Position numbers and translations under genes: made by a program. The notes under the pieces are model-generated. The model was not told where the DNA came from and searched no databases. It saw only the letters and a list, made by a program, of their open reading frames with translations. Of a DNA stretch of 26,587 nt, positions 15,775-24,349 are shown one piece after another (positions within the stretch are counted from its first letter, which is position 1; each line of letters opens with the position of its first letter). Source of the stretch: a virus (taxonomy: Duplodnaviria; Caudoviricetes); IMG/VR virus record IMGVR_UViG_3300017912_002981, positions 1 to 26,587 of that record. One strand, written 5' to 3'.

Positions 15775-17934
15775 ATGCCTTTAACAAGAGTAAATATAGC
15801 CCCAGGATTTAACAAACAAGTCACTCAAACAGGAGCCGAGGGAAAGTGGACTGATGGTGATTTTGTAAGATTTAGATATGGACTACCTGAAAAAATAGGT
15901 GGTTGGGAACAAATACTTGAATCAACTTTAATTGGAGCAGCAAGAGAACAATTTATTTGGGCTGATCTTGATGGTAGAAAGTATGCTGCAATAGGGACAA
16001 ACAAAGTATTAGTAATTTATTATGAAGGAGCCTTTTTTGATATTACTCCTCTAGGTACTGCTTTAACTAGTTGTACTTTTGATACGGTAAATACTTCAGC
16101 AACCGTAACTGTAAATAAAGCAGCTCACGGTCTAGAACCTGGAGATATATTTTTATTTTCATCTGTGACACCACCAACAGGGGCAGGGTATATTGCATCT
16201 GATTTTGAAACAAATCCTTTTCAAGTTGTCACTGTTCCTAATAGTGATGAATTTACAATAACCATGGCAAGCGCAGCAGGAACCACGGTCAACGGCTCTG
16301 GATCTGCAACAGTTACTCCATATATAAAACCAGGTGCTCTAGGTTCGACATTTGGATTTGGATGGGGTACAGGACTTTGGGGTGGTGGCCAACAAGTATT
16401 TAGTACATTGAATGGAGCATTACTAGATGATACTGCTGGAACTGGTGGATCAGGGACTTCAATTACACTTGCATCCACAACAGGTTTTCCATCAACAGGA
16501 ACAATAAAAGTTGGTGCAGAATTTATTTCATACACAGGCGTTTCATCTAATGATCTTACTGGAATTACAAGAGCTGCAGCGGGTACAAGATCAGCTCACT
16601 CAAGCGGAGCTGGAGTTGAAGTTTTTACTGGTTGGGGTATAGAGTCATTATCTCAAACACTTACAACAGATCCTGCATCTTGGTCATTAGATAACTTTGG
16701 AGAACAACTAATTGCTACAATTAAAAATGGAAAATCTTTTTCTTGGAATCCTATAAACTCTAATCCAAATGCTTTAAATACAAGAGCAGTAATAATATCT
16801 AATGCTCCAACTACATCTGTTATGTCTTTAGTATCTGACAGAGACAGACATTTAATTATGTTAGGTACTGAAACAACTATTGGATCACCGGGAACACAAG
16901 ACAAAATGTTTATAAGATTTTCGGATCAAGAGAATATTTCAGATTACACACCAACATCAGTTAATACAGCAGGGACTTTTAGATTAGATTCGGGAACAAA
17001 AATTGTTGGGGCTATCAAGGGTAAAGATTATACTTTTATTTTAACAGACAACGCTGCTTATGTTATGCAGTTTGTAGGACCACCATTTACTTTTTCTATT
17101 AGACAAGTTGGTTCAAATTGTGGATGCATCGGACAACATGCAATGAAATATGTAAATGGTATTGTTTATTGGATGGGTGAGTCAGGCGGTTTTTTTGCTT
17201 TTGATGGTACAGTTAAATCACTTCCTTGCGCAGTTGAAGATTTTGTATTTACAACTAAAAACGGTAATAATTTAGGAGTTAATTATTCTGCAGGAGAATC
17301 AGTTTATGTTGGACTAAATCATTTGTATGAAGAAATTTGTTGGTATTATCCACAAGCTACATCTGATTTTAACGATAGATATGTATGTTATAACTATCAA
17401 GATGGAACTTGGGTGACAGGCTCTCTTTCAAGAACAACTTGGGTAGATGCAAATTTATTTGAAAACCCATATGCTACAGAATTTACTTCAACAGGTGTTG
17501 GTACTTTTCCAACCGTTCAAGGAGTTACAAATATTAATGGATCTACAAAATATTTCGAACACGAAAAAGGTGTGAACGAAGTAGATACCGCTGGAAATAA
17601 AACAGCTATTCCAGCCTTTATAGAGTCTGGAGATTTTAGTTTAAATCCTGATGGTACAAATGCTGAGTTTTTTATGAGTATGAGAAGATTTGTTCCTGAT
17701 TTTAAAACTATTCAAGGTAACGCTCAGGTAACAATTTTATTAAGAAATTTTCCAAGTGATACTGAAGCTTCCTCTCCTTTGGGACCTTTTACGGTTTCAA
17801 GTTCTACACAGAAAGTGGACACAAGAGCAAGAGGAAGGTTTGCTAGTTTAAAAATTGCAAATACATCTACTGACCAAAATTGGAGATTTGGTACTTTCAG
17901 AGCAGATGTTCAACTTGATGGAATGCGTGGATAG
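15775..17934 (+). CDS. Tail nozzle / packaged DNA stabilisation protein (P22 gp10-like)
   Basis: 719 aa; RFRYGLPEKIGGW, IRFSDQE, GPPFTF, NCGCIG, EICWYYP repeats consistent with a beta-propeller; position before the ejection genes. Confidence 0.75.
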   Translation: MPLTRVNIAPGFNKQVTQTGAEGKWTDGDFVRFRYGLPEKIGGWEQILESTLIGAAREQFIWADLDGRKYAAIGTNKVLVIYYEGAFFDITPLGTALTSCTFDTVNTSATVTVNKAAHGLEPGDIFLFSSVTPPTGAGYIASDFETNPFQVVTVPNSDEFTITMASAAGTTVNGSGSATVTPYIKPGALGSTFGFGWGTGLWGGGQQVFSTLNGALLDDTAGTGGSGTSITLASTTGFPSTGTIKVGAEFISYTGVSSNDLTGITRAAAGTRSAHSSGAGVEVFTGWGIESLSQTLTTDPASWSLDNFGEQLIATIKNGKSFSWNPINSNPNALNTRAVIISNAPTTSVMSLVSDRDRHLIMLGTETTIGSPGTQDKMFIRFSDQENISDYTPTSVNTAGTFRLDSGTKIVGAIKGKDYTFILTDNAAYVMQFVGPPFTFSIRQVGSNCGCIGQHAMKYVNGIVYWMGESGGFFAFDGTVKSLPCAVEDFVFTTKNGNNLGVNYSAGESVYVGLNHLYEEICWYYPQATSDFNDRYVCYNYQDGTWVTGSLSRTTWVDANLFENPYATEFTSTGVGTFPTVQGVTNINGSTKYFEHEKGVNEVDTAGNKTAIPAFIESGDFSLNPDGTNAEFFMSMRRFVPDFKTIQGNAQVTILLRNFPSDTEASSPLGPFTVSSSTQKVDTRARGRFASLKIANTSTDQNWRFGTFRADVQLDGMRG

Positions 17935-17951
17935 ATCATTTTTAAATTTTT

Positions 17952-18467
17952 ATGATTAAACCCTATTTTTCGTCATTATTACTTGAACAATATCGTGATG
18001 ATATTATTAGTTACACTAGAAAAAATTTTTGTTGTGAAAAATTTCCAAAGTGTAATCACCCACTTTTTCAATCAGATAAAAATATTTTTAAAGATCCTAA
18101 ATTTGTTGATATTAAAAATGAATATTACGAATTAGTAAAAGTTTATTTACAAAAAGATATTGAAATAGTTTATGAATTTGTTTGGTCATATTTAAGTCTT
18201 AAAAATCAGACTATAAATAGAGACACGTGGCATTGTCATTTTCAAAAAGAATTTGATGTTGATGCTCATGTATCTGGTATTTTATACTTTGAAAATAGTT
18301 CACTAGGCACAGAATTTAAAAATGATAATTTTAGATATATTACAAAAGCAGAAAAAAATAGGTGGTATTTATGGGGATCTGAACTTACTCATAGACCTGA
18401 ACCTGGAATAAATAAAAAAGAAAGACTTTGCATTGCGACCGCAACTGGTGTAAAATTTAAAAGATAA
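17952..18467 (+). CDS. 2OG-Fe(II) oxygenase-like protein
   Basis: WHCH, SGILY, GTEF, WGSELTHRP, terminal R. Confidence 0.7.
   Translation: MIKPYFSSLLLEQYRDDIISYTRKNFCCEKFPKCNHPLFQSDKNIFKDPKFVDIKNEYYELVKVYLQKDIEIVYEFVWSYLSLKNQTINRDTWHCHFQKEFDVDAHVSGILYFENSSLGTEFKNDNFRYITKAEKNRWYLWGSELTHRPEPGINKKERLCIATATGVKFKR
18428..18456 (+). promoter_or_regulatory. sigma70-type promoter within the 3' end of the oxygenase gene
   Basis: TTGCAT (18428-18433) - 17 nt - TAAAAT (18451-18456). Confidence 0.55.
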
Positions 18468-18469
18468 TT

Positions 18470-18634
18470 ATGGCAAGAATAGATATACTAATACCTGAAC
18501 CAGCTACTGTTTATAGCAGTGAAAATCAAAGACAAGTAACTCAGTCTTTACGAACGATGCAAGATAAGTTAAACACTTCTTATCAACAAGAACTTAAAAA
18601 CGAACAAGATGCTTTTAATTACTTTTTATCATGA
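18470..18634 (+). CDS. Small coiled-coil protein, 54 aa; tail needle/plug candidate (not in ORF track)
   Basis: MARIDILIPEPATVYSSENQRQVTQSLRTMQDKLNTSYQQELKNEQDAFNYFLS*; ATGA overlap with the next gene. Confidence 0.75.
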   Translation: MARIDILIPEPATVYSSENQRQVTQSLRTMQDKLNTSYQQELKNEQDAFNYFLS

Positions 18635-18981
18635 CAATAAGATATAAAAATCAAGGTTTCAAACAAGCTAGCACAGGAAAGACTACAGTTTTTACGTGCC
18701 CTGCTGATGCAACATGTATAGTAAAAAGTGTTTACTGTGCTAACAACGATGCATCTTCAGCTGTTTTAGTTAATATGAATTTAGTTGACTCATCTGATTC
18801 AAGCACAGAGTATGAATTTTTTAGAGATGATGTTGCTGCAAAATCACAAGTTAACGCAACTCCTCAAGGTTTAAATTTAGAGGCTGGCGATTCAATAACT
18901 GTTACAGCAGCTACAGGCAGTAATACAATTCAAGGTGCTATAAGTTATGCACAAATAGATAGATCACAGGAGAATGGCTAA
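18631..18981 (+). CDS. Small beta-rich virion structural protein
   Basis: 116 aa; TTVFTCP...IVKSV...LNLEAGDSITV. Confidence 0.65.
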   Translation: MTIRYKNQGFKQASTGKTTVFTCPADATCIVKSVYCANNDASSAVLVNMNLVDSSDSSTEYEFFRDDVAAKSQVNATPQGLNLEAGDSITVTAATGSNTIQGAISYAQIDRSQENG

Positions 18982-19105
18982 ACAAAAATTTGTTCATTTT
19001 GTACCTAGGCCAAAACCTCGTAAACGTCCTAGAAGACATAAAAAAACTTTATCAAAATCAGAAAAAAGAGATTTCAAAAAATACAATAGGCAAGGTAGAG
19101 CTTGA
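18974..19105 (+). CDS. Very basic 43-aa peptide (not in ORF track)
   Basis: MAKQKFVHFVPRPKPRKRPRRHKKTLSKSEKRDFKKYNRQGRA*; overlaps both neighbours. Confidence 0.75.
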   Translation: MAKQKFVHFVPRPKPRKRPRRHKKTLSKSEKRDFKKYNRQGRA

Positions 19106-19617
19106 AAAAATTAATACATTATCAATATCCTATATTAAGAGAAATGTTTTTTATGCAGTATGAATTAGAGGACATTGATACGGAATACTTTATTAATAAA
19201 ATTAACAACAACATTGGTGAGTTAAGTTACAAGACAAATGTAAGTGGTCAGATTACTGATTGGAACACTTTTGTAGACGATAAAAAATTTAATAATATTT
19301 TAAATAATTTTTTTGATCAAGTAAAACCTTTTAATATTAAAAGTATAGGATTAGTAGATGCTTGGGGTATTAAAGTAAATGAAGGTCATGCAACTGCAAA
19401 ACATAATCATGAACCATATAATTATTCTGCATGTCTGTATTTAAATGATGTTGAAAGTGAAATTTATTATCCACAATTAAACTTAAAATTAGATATTAAA
19501 AAAAATATGTTTTTGTTTTGGTCAGCATGGTTAAATCACTTTACACCAAAAGTTAAAAAAGGTATAAAATATGCTTTAGTATGTAATTTTCAAGAGAGAA
19601 AGAGTTGGTCTAAATGA
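19102..19617 (+). CDS. 2OG-Fe(II) oxygenase-like protein
   Basis: DAWG, KHNH, SACLYL, FWSAWLNH, KYALVCN; TTG start overlapping the previous TGA. Confidence 0.75.
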   Translation: MKKLIHYQYPILREMFFMQYELEDIDTEYFINKINNNIGELSYKTNVSGQITDWNTFVDDKKFNNILNNFFDQVKPFNIKSIGLVDAWGIKVNEGHATAKHNHEPYNYSACLYLNDVESEIYYPQLNLKLDIKKNMFLFWSAWLNHFTPKVKKGIKYALVCNFQERKSWSK

Positions 19618-19811
19618 GTGAGATAAAAAAAATACCAGTAGAAACTAAGGAAATAATTAAACATAAAAGAACGGGTAAAGTTTATGAATCTAAAGCTGCT
19701 TTTGATGCTGATGTTAATGACCCCAATACTGATACTACTGTCGATGATTTCAGACAAGATTTAGAGGTAAAGGTAACAAGAGTTAACATAGAAGCATTTA
19801 CCAAAAAATAA
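19614..19811 (+). CDS. Hypothetical protein
   Basis: 65 aa; coupled to neighbours. Confidence 0.65.
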   Translation: MSEIKKIPVETKEIIKHKRTGKVYESKAAFDADVNDPNTDTTVDDFRQDLEVKVTRVNIEAFTKK

Positions 19812-20314
19812 TGTTATCAGATTATAATGTTTTATCTATTGATTGTGATTGGATAACGACTTTAAAAAATCAACGAGAATTTTTTCCTTTTATTATTCCA
19901 ATATTAAATCAAAATAAAAAAATTATTTTTGACATTGATCATCATAATATAAATAAATATTTTAATTTAAAATTTGAATTTTGTAATTTATATAATATTG
20001 ACCATCACCATGATGCAGGATATCAACCTGAAAAGAATTGGTTACACGAAGGTAATTGGCTATACCATTTAGTAAAAATTTTTCCACAAAAAATAAATTA
20101 TACATGGGTATGTAATTCAGATTCTGAGCCAATTAGAGATGAATATCATTGGGATATTTTTAGAGATAATATTAAAAAATTTAAATTTGATTATCATTTA
20201 AATATAATTAATCAAAATAAATTTGACATTATTTTTATATGTTGTAGTCCTCTATATAATAATCAATTAGGAATAACTACGTATAAAATTTTAGAAAGTA
20301 TTTATGAAACCTAG
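19811..20314 (+). CDS. Putative metallo-hydrolase (arginase/ureohydrolase-like, UPF0489-like)
   Basis: LSIDCDW, DHH, NIDHHHD, EGNW, ICCSP motifs. Confidence 0.55.
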   Translation: MLSDYNVLSIDCDWITTLKNQREFFPFIIPILNQNKKIIFDIDHHNINKYFNLKFEFCNLYNIDHHHDAGYQPEKNWLHEGNWLYHLVKIFPQKINYTWVCNSDSEPIRDEYHWDIFRDNIKKFKFDYHLNIINQNKFDIIFICCSPLYNNQLGITTYKILESIYET

Positions 20315-21233
20315 AGGTGCTACAGAGATTCAGCATGAGTTATTAATAAAATATGTATCTAAAGATTTATTAAGTAAGTTTCAAATTTGCACATCAATTC
20401 CTGGGAAAGTTCCTTTAGATCCAAACAAAATTAATATTCTTTGGCAGAAAAATTCTTGGGATCAGCCTAATTTACAAAATTTTTTTAGAAATAAAGACAG
20501 ACACCATGAATATGATTGGTATGTTTTTAACTCTCATTGGTGTTATGAAAAATTTAGATATTTTTTTCAAATACCTGAAGATAAATCTATTGTAATTAAG
20601 AATGGTGCACATCATTTTCCAAAAAGAAAAAAATATAATCAAGGTGATCCAATTAAAATAATACACCACTGTACCCCTTGGAGAGGACTAAATGTGTTAT
20701 TACTAGCAATGCAGTACGTAAAAAATAAAAATGTAATTTTAGACGTCTACAGTTCAAATGAAGTATATGGAAGTGAATTTGCTAATAGAGTAAATAAAGA
20801 TACAGAAGAGTTATTTGAACAAGCTAAAAAATTACCTAATGTAAATTACATAGGTTATAAACCTAACGAATATATACTTGAACATATGACAGATTATGAT
20901 TTATTTGTATATCCATCTATATTTGAAGAGACTTTTTGTGCATCTGCATTAGAGGCTTTAGCTTCAGGTCTTCATGTAATAACCACAAATTTTGGAGCCT
21001 TACCTGAGACATGCGCAGAGTGGCCAGTATATGTAAACTATACAGGAAATTTAAAACTATTAGCTGTTTCTATAGCTAGTGCAATTGATTCAGCGTCTGA
21101 ATATTTACACACAGATGAAATACAAAATCATTTAGATGAACAACAAAAATACTATAAAAAATTTTATCATTGGGATATAAAAGGTATGGAATGGGAAAAT
21201 TTTTTGAAAGGAGCCTTACGTGTCAAGCAATAA
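20304..21233 (+). CDS. Glycosyltransferase, GT-B (GT4-like)
   Basis: VFNSHW, TPWRGL, YPSIFEETFCASALEALASG (E-x7-E), TTNFGALPE. Confidence 0.88.
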   Translation: MKPRGATEIQHELLIKYVSKDLLSKFQICTSIPGKVPLDPNKINILWQKNSWDQPNLQNFFRNKDRHHEYDWYVFNSHWCYEKFRYFFQIPEDKSIVIKNGAHHFPKRKKYNQGDPIKIIHHCTPWRGLNVLLLAMQYVKNKNVILDVYSSNEVYGSEFANRVNKDTEELFEQAKKLPNVNYIGYKPNEYILEHMTDYDLFVYPSIFEETFCASALEALASGLHVITTNFGALPETCAEWPVYVNYTGNLKLLAVSIASAIDSASEYLHTDEIQNHLDEQQKYYKKFYHWDIKGMEWENFLKGALRVKQ

Positions 21234-22095
21234 ATATATAAATGAAGATACCTATCAAACTTTACAAGAAGTAAACATAGAACCACAATCTAATTATGAA
21301 AAAGCAATTGAACCTTTATGGAAAGAAAATTTAGACCAATATAAAGATGTTGAAGTGTTTGTTGCTACACCAGTCCATAGTGAGGTATCTATACACTACA
21401 CACAAGCATTAATTGAGTTTCAACAAATGTGTTTTAATAAAAAATTAAAAGTATCTTTTCATTTAATTAAATCATCTTTAGTGACACAAGGTAGAAATCT
21501 ATCTGTAGCTGGATTCTTAGAGTCCAAAGCTACACACTTGTTATTTATTGATTCTGATATTTACTTTCAAGGTAAATCTATATTTACAATGTTAAAAGCA
21601 GATAAGCATATTATATCTGTGCCTTATCCTTTAAAAACTTTAATGTGGGATAAAGCATTTCAAAAAATGAAAGAGGGTAGAATAAAATCCCCTGATGATA
21701 TAAGACGATCCTTACATACTTATCCTATGAAAGTACCTGATGTAAATAATATTAATTTGAATAAAGGTGTTATGGAAGTCACTGATTCTCCAACAGGATG
21801 TATGCTGATCAAAAGAGAAGTTATAGAAAAAATGATTGAAAAGTATCCTGATAAAGAAATAGTTCAAAAGACAGTAATAAATGGAAAATATGTAAATAAA
21901 CCAAACATGTGGAATTTCTTTGATACATTACATGATCCCAAAGAAAAAACTTATAATGGAGAAGACTTTGCCTTTTGTAAACTATGGAGAGACTTGGGTG
22001 GTAAATGTTATGCGTATGTAAATGACGCTATTGTCCATGTTGGAGAACATCAATACCAAGGCAAGTTTTACGATGAGTTGATATCAACCAAGTAA
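21220..22095 (+). CDS. Glycosyltransferase, GT-A-like
   Basis: VFVATP, SLVTQGRN, LLFIDSD (DxD), TGCMLIKR, GEDFAFC, HVG; GTG start. Confidence 0.8.
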   Translation: MSSNKYINEDTYQTLQEVNIEPQSNYEKAIEPLWKENLDQYKDVEVFVATPVHSEVSIHYTQALIEFQQMCFNKKLKVSFHLIKSSLVTQGRNLSVAGFLESKATHLLFIDSDIYFQGKSIFTMLKADKHIISVPYPLKTLMWDKAFQKMKEGRIKSPDDIRRSLHTYPMKVPDVNNINLNKGVMEVTDSPTGCMLIKREVIEKMIEKYPDKEIVQKTVINGKYVNKPNMWNFFDTLHDPKEKTYNGEDFAFCKLWRDLGGKCYAYVNDAIVHVGEHQYQGKFYDELISTK

Positions 22096-22106
22096 AATGG
22101 TAATAT
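22078..22106 (+). promoter_or_regulatory. sigma70-type promoter for the ejection-protein genes
   Basis: TTGATA (22078-22083) - 17 nt - TAATAT (22101-22106), preceded by TGG (extended -10). Confidence 0.6.
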
Positions 22107-22131
22107 ATGCTATTATTAGGGAAAATAGTAT

Positions 22132-23076
22132 ATGGATCCATTTACACTTGCATTAGCCACATTTGGCGTACAAAAACTTAGAGGAAAATCAACTAGAACA
22201 GCTTTGCAAGATGCTGCACTTGTAGGTGGTACATCTTTTGGTATAGGTGCACTTTCAAAAGCTGGGGCTTTTGGTACAGCAGCTCAATCAGGACAAGGTT
22301 TTATAGGAAGTATTGGTAGAGGTACTCCTTTTAGTAGTATACCTGGAGTAGGAGATTCAAAATTTTTAAGTAACATTATTGGTCAAAAAGGAGATAAAGA
22401 TAAGTATAAATTACTTTTAGATGCAGCTAAAGAAAAAGGAGTTGATACAGAAGCTGGTAAAAAATTATTAGAAGAAGCTAATCTCATAAAACCAAGTGGT
22501 ATTAAGGGTGCATCGACAACTGCTAAAGTTTTAGGAGCAACTGCACTTACACCATTTTTAATGGGTGAAGAGGAACCAGTTAAACCTATGTTTACTGAAG
22601 AAGACTATAAAAAAGCCTATGAAGAACAATCAGGAAAATTAAAAGATGCATTTACTCCTGTTTCTTTGAGTGAAGCAATGCCGACAAGAGACGAAGTCAC
22701 AGGTTCTAACATGTTTTATGCTAATGAAGGTGGCTTAGCTACAATGTTACCAAAGTATAATGAAGGTGGTGTAAATTATTTACCTTCAAAAGTTGACCAC
22801 GATGAAAACGATGTTAACAATTATGTTAGAGCATCAGGATATGTAGAAGATGGAGCTGGTGTTGGTGATAAAGATGAAGACACAATGTTAGCCCAATTAG
22901 CAGACGGAGAATTTGTATCAAGAGCAGATGCAGTATTAGGAGCTGGTATAATGTCAGGAGCTGATCCAAAAAATTTTAAAGGTATGAGAAAAGCTGGTGC
23001 AGACTTTTTCTATAATCAACAAAAACAATTAAAAAGAATTTACGATATAACAAATGGAAGCAAAAAAACAAATTAA
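22132..23076 (+). CDS. Internal virion / DNA ejection protein
   Basis: MDPFTLAL Gly/Ala-rich N-terminus; C-terminal G-x-G-x3-ED-x3-A-x-L-x-DGEFV motif. Confidence 0.6.
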   Translation: MDPFTLALATFGVQKLRGKSTRTALQDAALVGGTSFGIGALSKAGAFGTAAQSGQGFIGSIGRGTPFSSIPGVGDSKFLSNIIGQKGDKDKYKLLLDAAKEKGVDTEAGKKLLEEANLIKPSGIKGASTTAKVLGATALTPFLMGEEEPVKPMFTEEDYKKAYEEQSGKLKDAFTPVSLSEAMPTRDEVTGSNMFYANEGGLATMLPKYNEGGVNYLPSKVDHDENDVNNYVRASGYVEDGAGVGDKDEDTMLAQLADGEFVSRADAVLGAGIMSGADPKNFKGMRKAGADFFYNQQKQLKRIYDITNGSKKTN

Positions 23077-23512
23077 AAAAGGGGTAGAAGTTTTAGAAGT
23101 CTATCCAAAAATTTTAGATCAATATTGGAATCTTTGTGAATTCATGTTGAGAGAGGGATTAAAATATGATGGTGATCCTATGTCAATTAAAGAATTAAAA
23201 GAATATATCAAAAATGAAAAAGCTGGCTTATTTATGATGTTTGGTTCAGACGATGGTGTTAAGTACAAAGTATTTGGAGTTTGTGTTTTAAGAATTATGC
23301 CTCTGCCAAATTATTCTCAATGTGAAGTTATTCTTCTTAAAGGAGAAAAAAGAGAACTTTGGCAAGATGAGTTAGCTGATACAATTGAAAGAGTAGCAAG
23401 GATTAATGAGTGTAAAAAAATTGCGGTACATGCAAGACCAGGATGGCAACCTTTTTTAAAAACAAAAGGTTGGGAAGTAAAAAGATATTTATATACAAAG
23501 GAGATTAAATAA
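23054..23512 (+). CDS. GNAT-like fold virion assembly protein (cf. P22 gp14 / T7 gp13 position)
   Basis: 152 aa; GVCVLRI...ARINECKKIAVHARPGW...KGW; located among ejection genes. Confidence 0.55.
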   Translation: MEAKKQIKKGVEVLEVYPKILDQYWNLCEFMLREGLKYDGDPMSIKELKEYIKNEKAGLFMMFGSDDGVKYKVFGVCVLRIMPLPNYSQCEVILLKGEKRELWQDELADTIERVARINECKKIAVHARPGWQPFLKTKGWEVKRYLYTKEIK

Positions 23513-24348
23513 TGAGTTTTATATTTGGAGGAGGGAGTTCAGCTCCAACAACAACTGGAAGTTCTACAGTTACACAAAGAGAAGCACCTGGAGTTGAAGC
23601 TAGAAAACTTTCTTTATATGATGAAGCTGCAAGGTTAGCTGCACAACCAGTTAATTTACCCGCAGTTCAAGTTGCGCCTATTTCAGGAATTGAACAAGCT
23701 GCTATAAGACAAGCTGGACAAGTAGGTGTTGGTGCTCCTACAGTTGGTGCTGGAATAACTGCTTTACAAGGAGCACAAGCTGCTCCAAACATTTCTCAAT
23801 TTTTTAATCCTTTTCAATCTTATGTAACAGATGAAATAAATAGACAATCACAAATGGCACAAAATCAATTAAGTGCTCAAGCTGTTGCAAGTGGTGCTTT
23901 CGGTGGAGGAAGACAAGGTATTGCTCAAGCTGAATTAGAAAGAGCTAGATTAGCTCAAGTAGGCCAAGCTCAAGCTCAAGGATTTCAAACTGCACTAGGT
24001 GCTGCACAAACACAAAGACAACAACAGTTGGCTGCAGGCCAAGCGTTAGGTCAATTAGGTGCTCAACAACAAGCTATGTCTCTTGCAGATATTCAAGCGC
24101 AACTTCAAGCTGGTGCAATTCAAAGAGGAATTGGACAATCTCAATTAGAGGCACAAAGACAAACTGCTTTACAAAGATCGTATGAACCATTCCAAAGAAT
24201 AGAATTCTTAAAAGGTATCATGACAAACTTACCAACTGCAACGAGTACGATCACAGCTTCCACGGCTCCCGGTGCTAATCCTTTAGGACAAGCTCTTGGG
24301 GCTGGATTAGGAGCTTACTCAACATATAACTTAATGCAACCGAGGTAA
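23512..24348 (+). CDS. DNA ejection/transfer protein, Gln/Ala-rich
   Basis: 278 aa; FFNPF, GAFGGGRQG, long Q/A helical region, hydrophobic Gly-rich C-terminus; AAGGAG RBS. Confidence 0.7.
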   Translation: MSFIFGGGSSAPTTTGSSTVTQREAPGVEARKLSLYDEAARLAAQPVNLPAVQVAPISGIEQAAIRQAGQVGVGAPTVGAGITALQGAQAAPNISQFFNPFQSYVTDEINRQSQMAQNQLSAQAVASGAFGGGRQGIAQAELERARLAQVGQAQAQGFQTALGAAQTQRQQQLAAGQALGQLGAQQQAMSLADIQAQLQAGAIQRGIGQSQLEAQRQTALQRSYEPFQRIEFLKGIMTNLPTATSTITASTAPGANPLGQALGAGLGAYSTYNLMQPR

Positions 24349-24349
24349 C

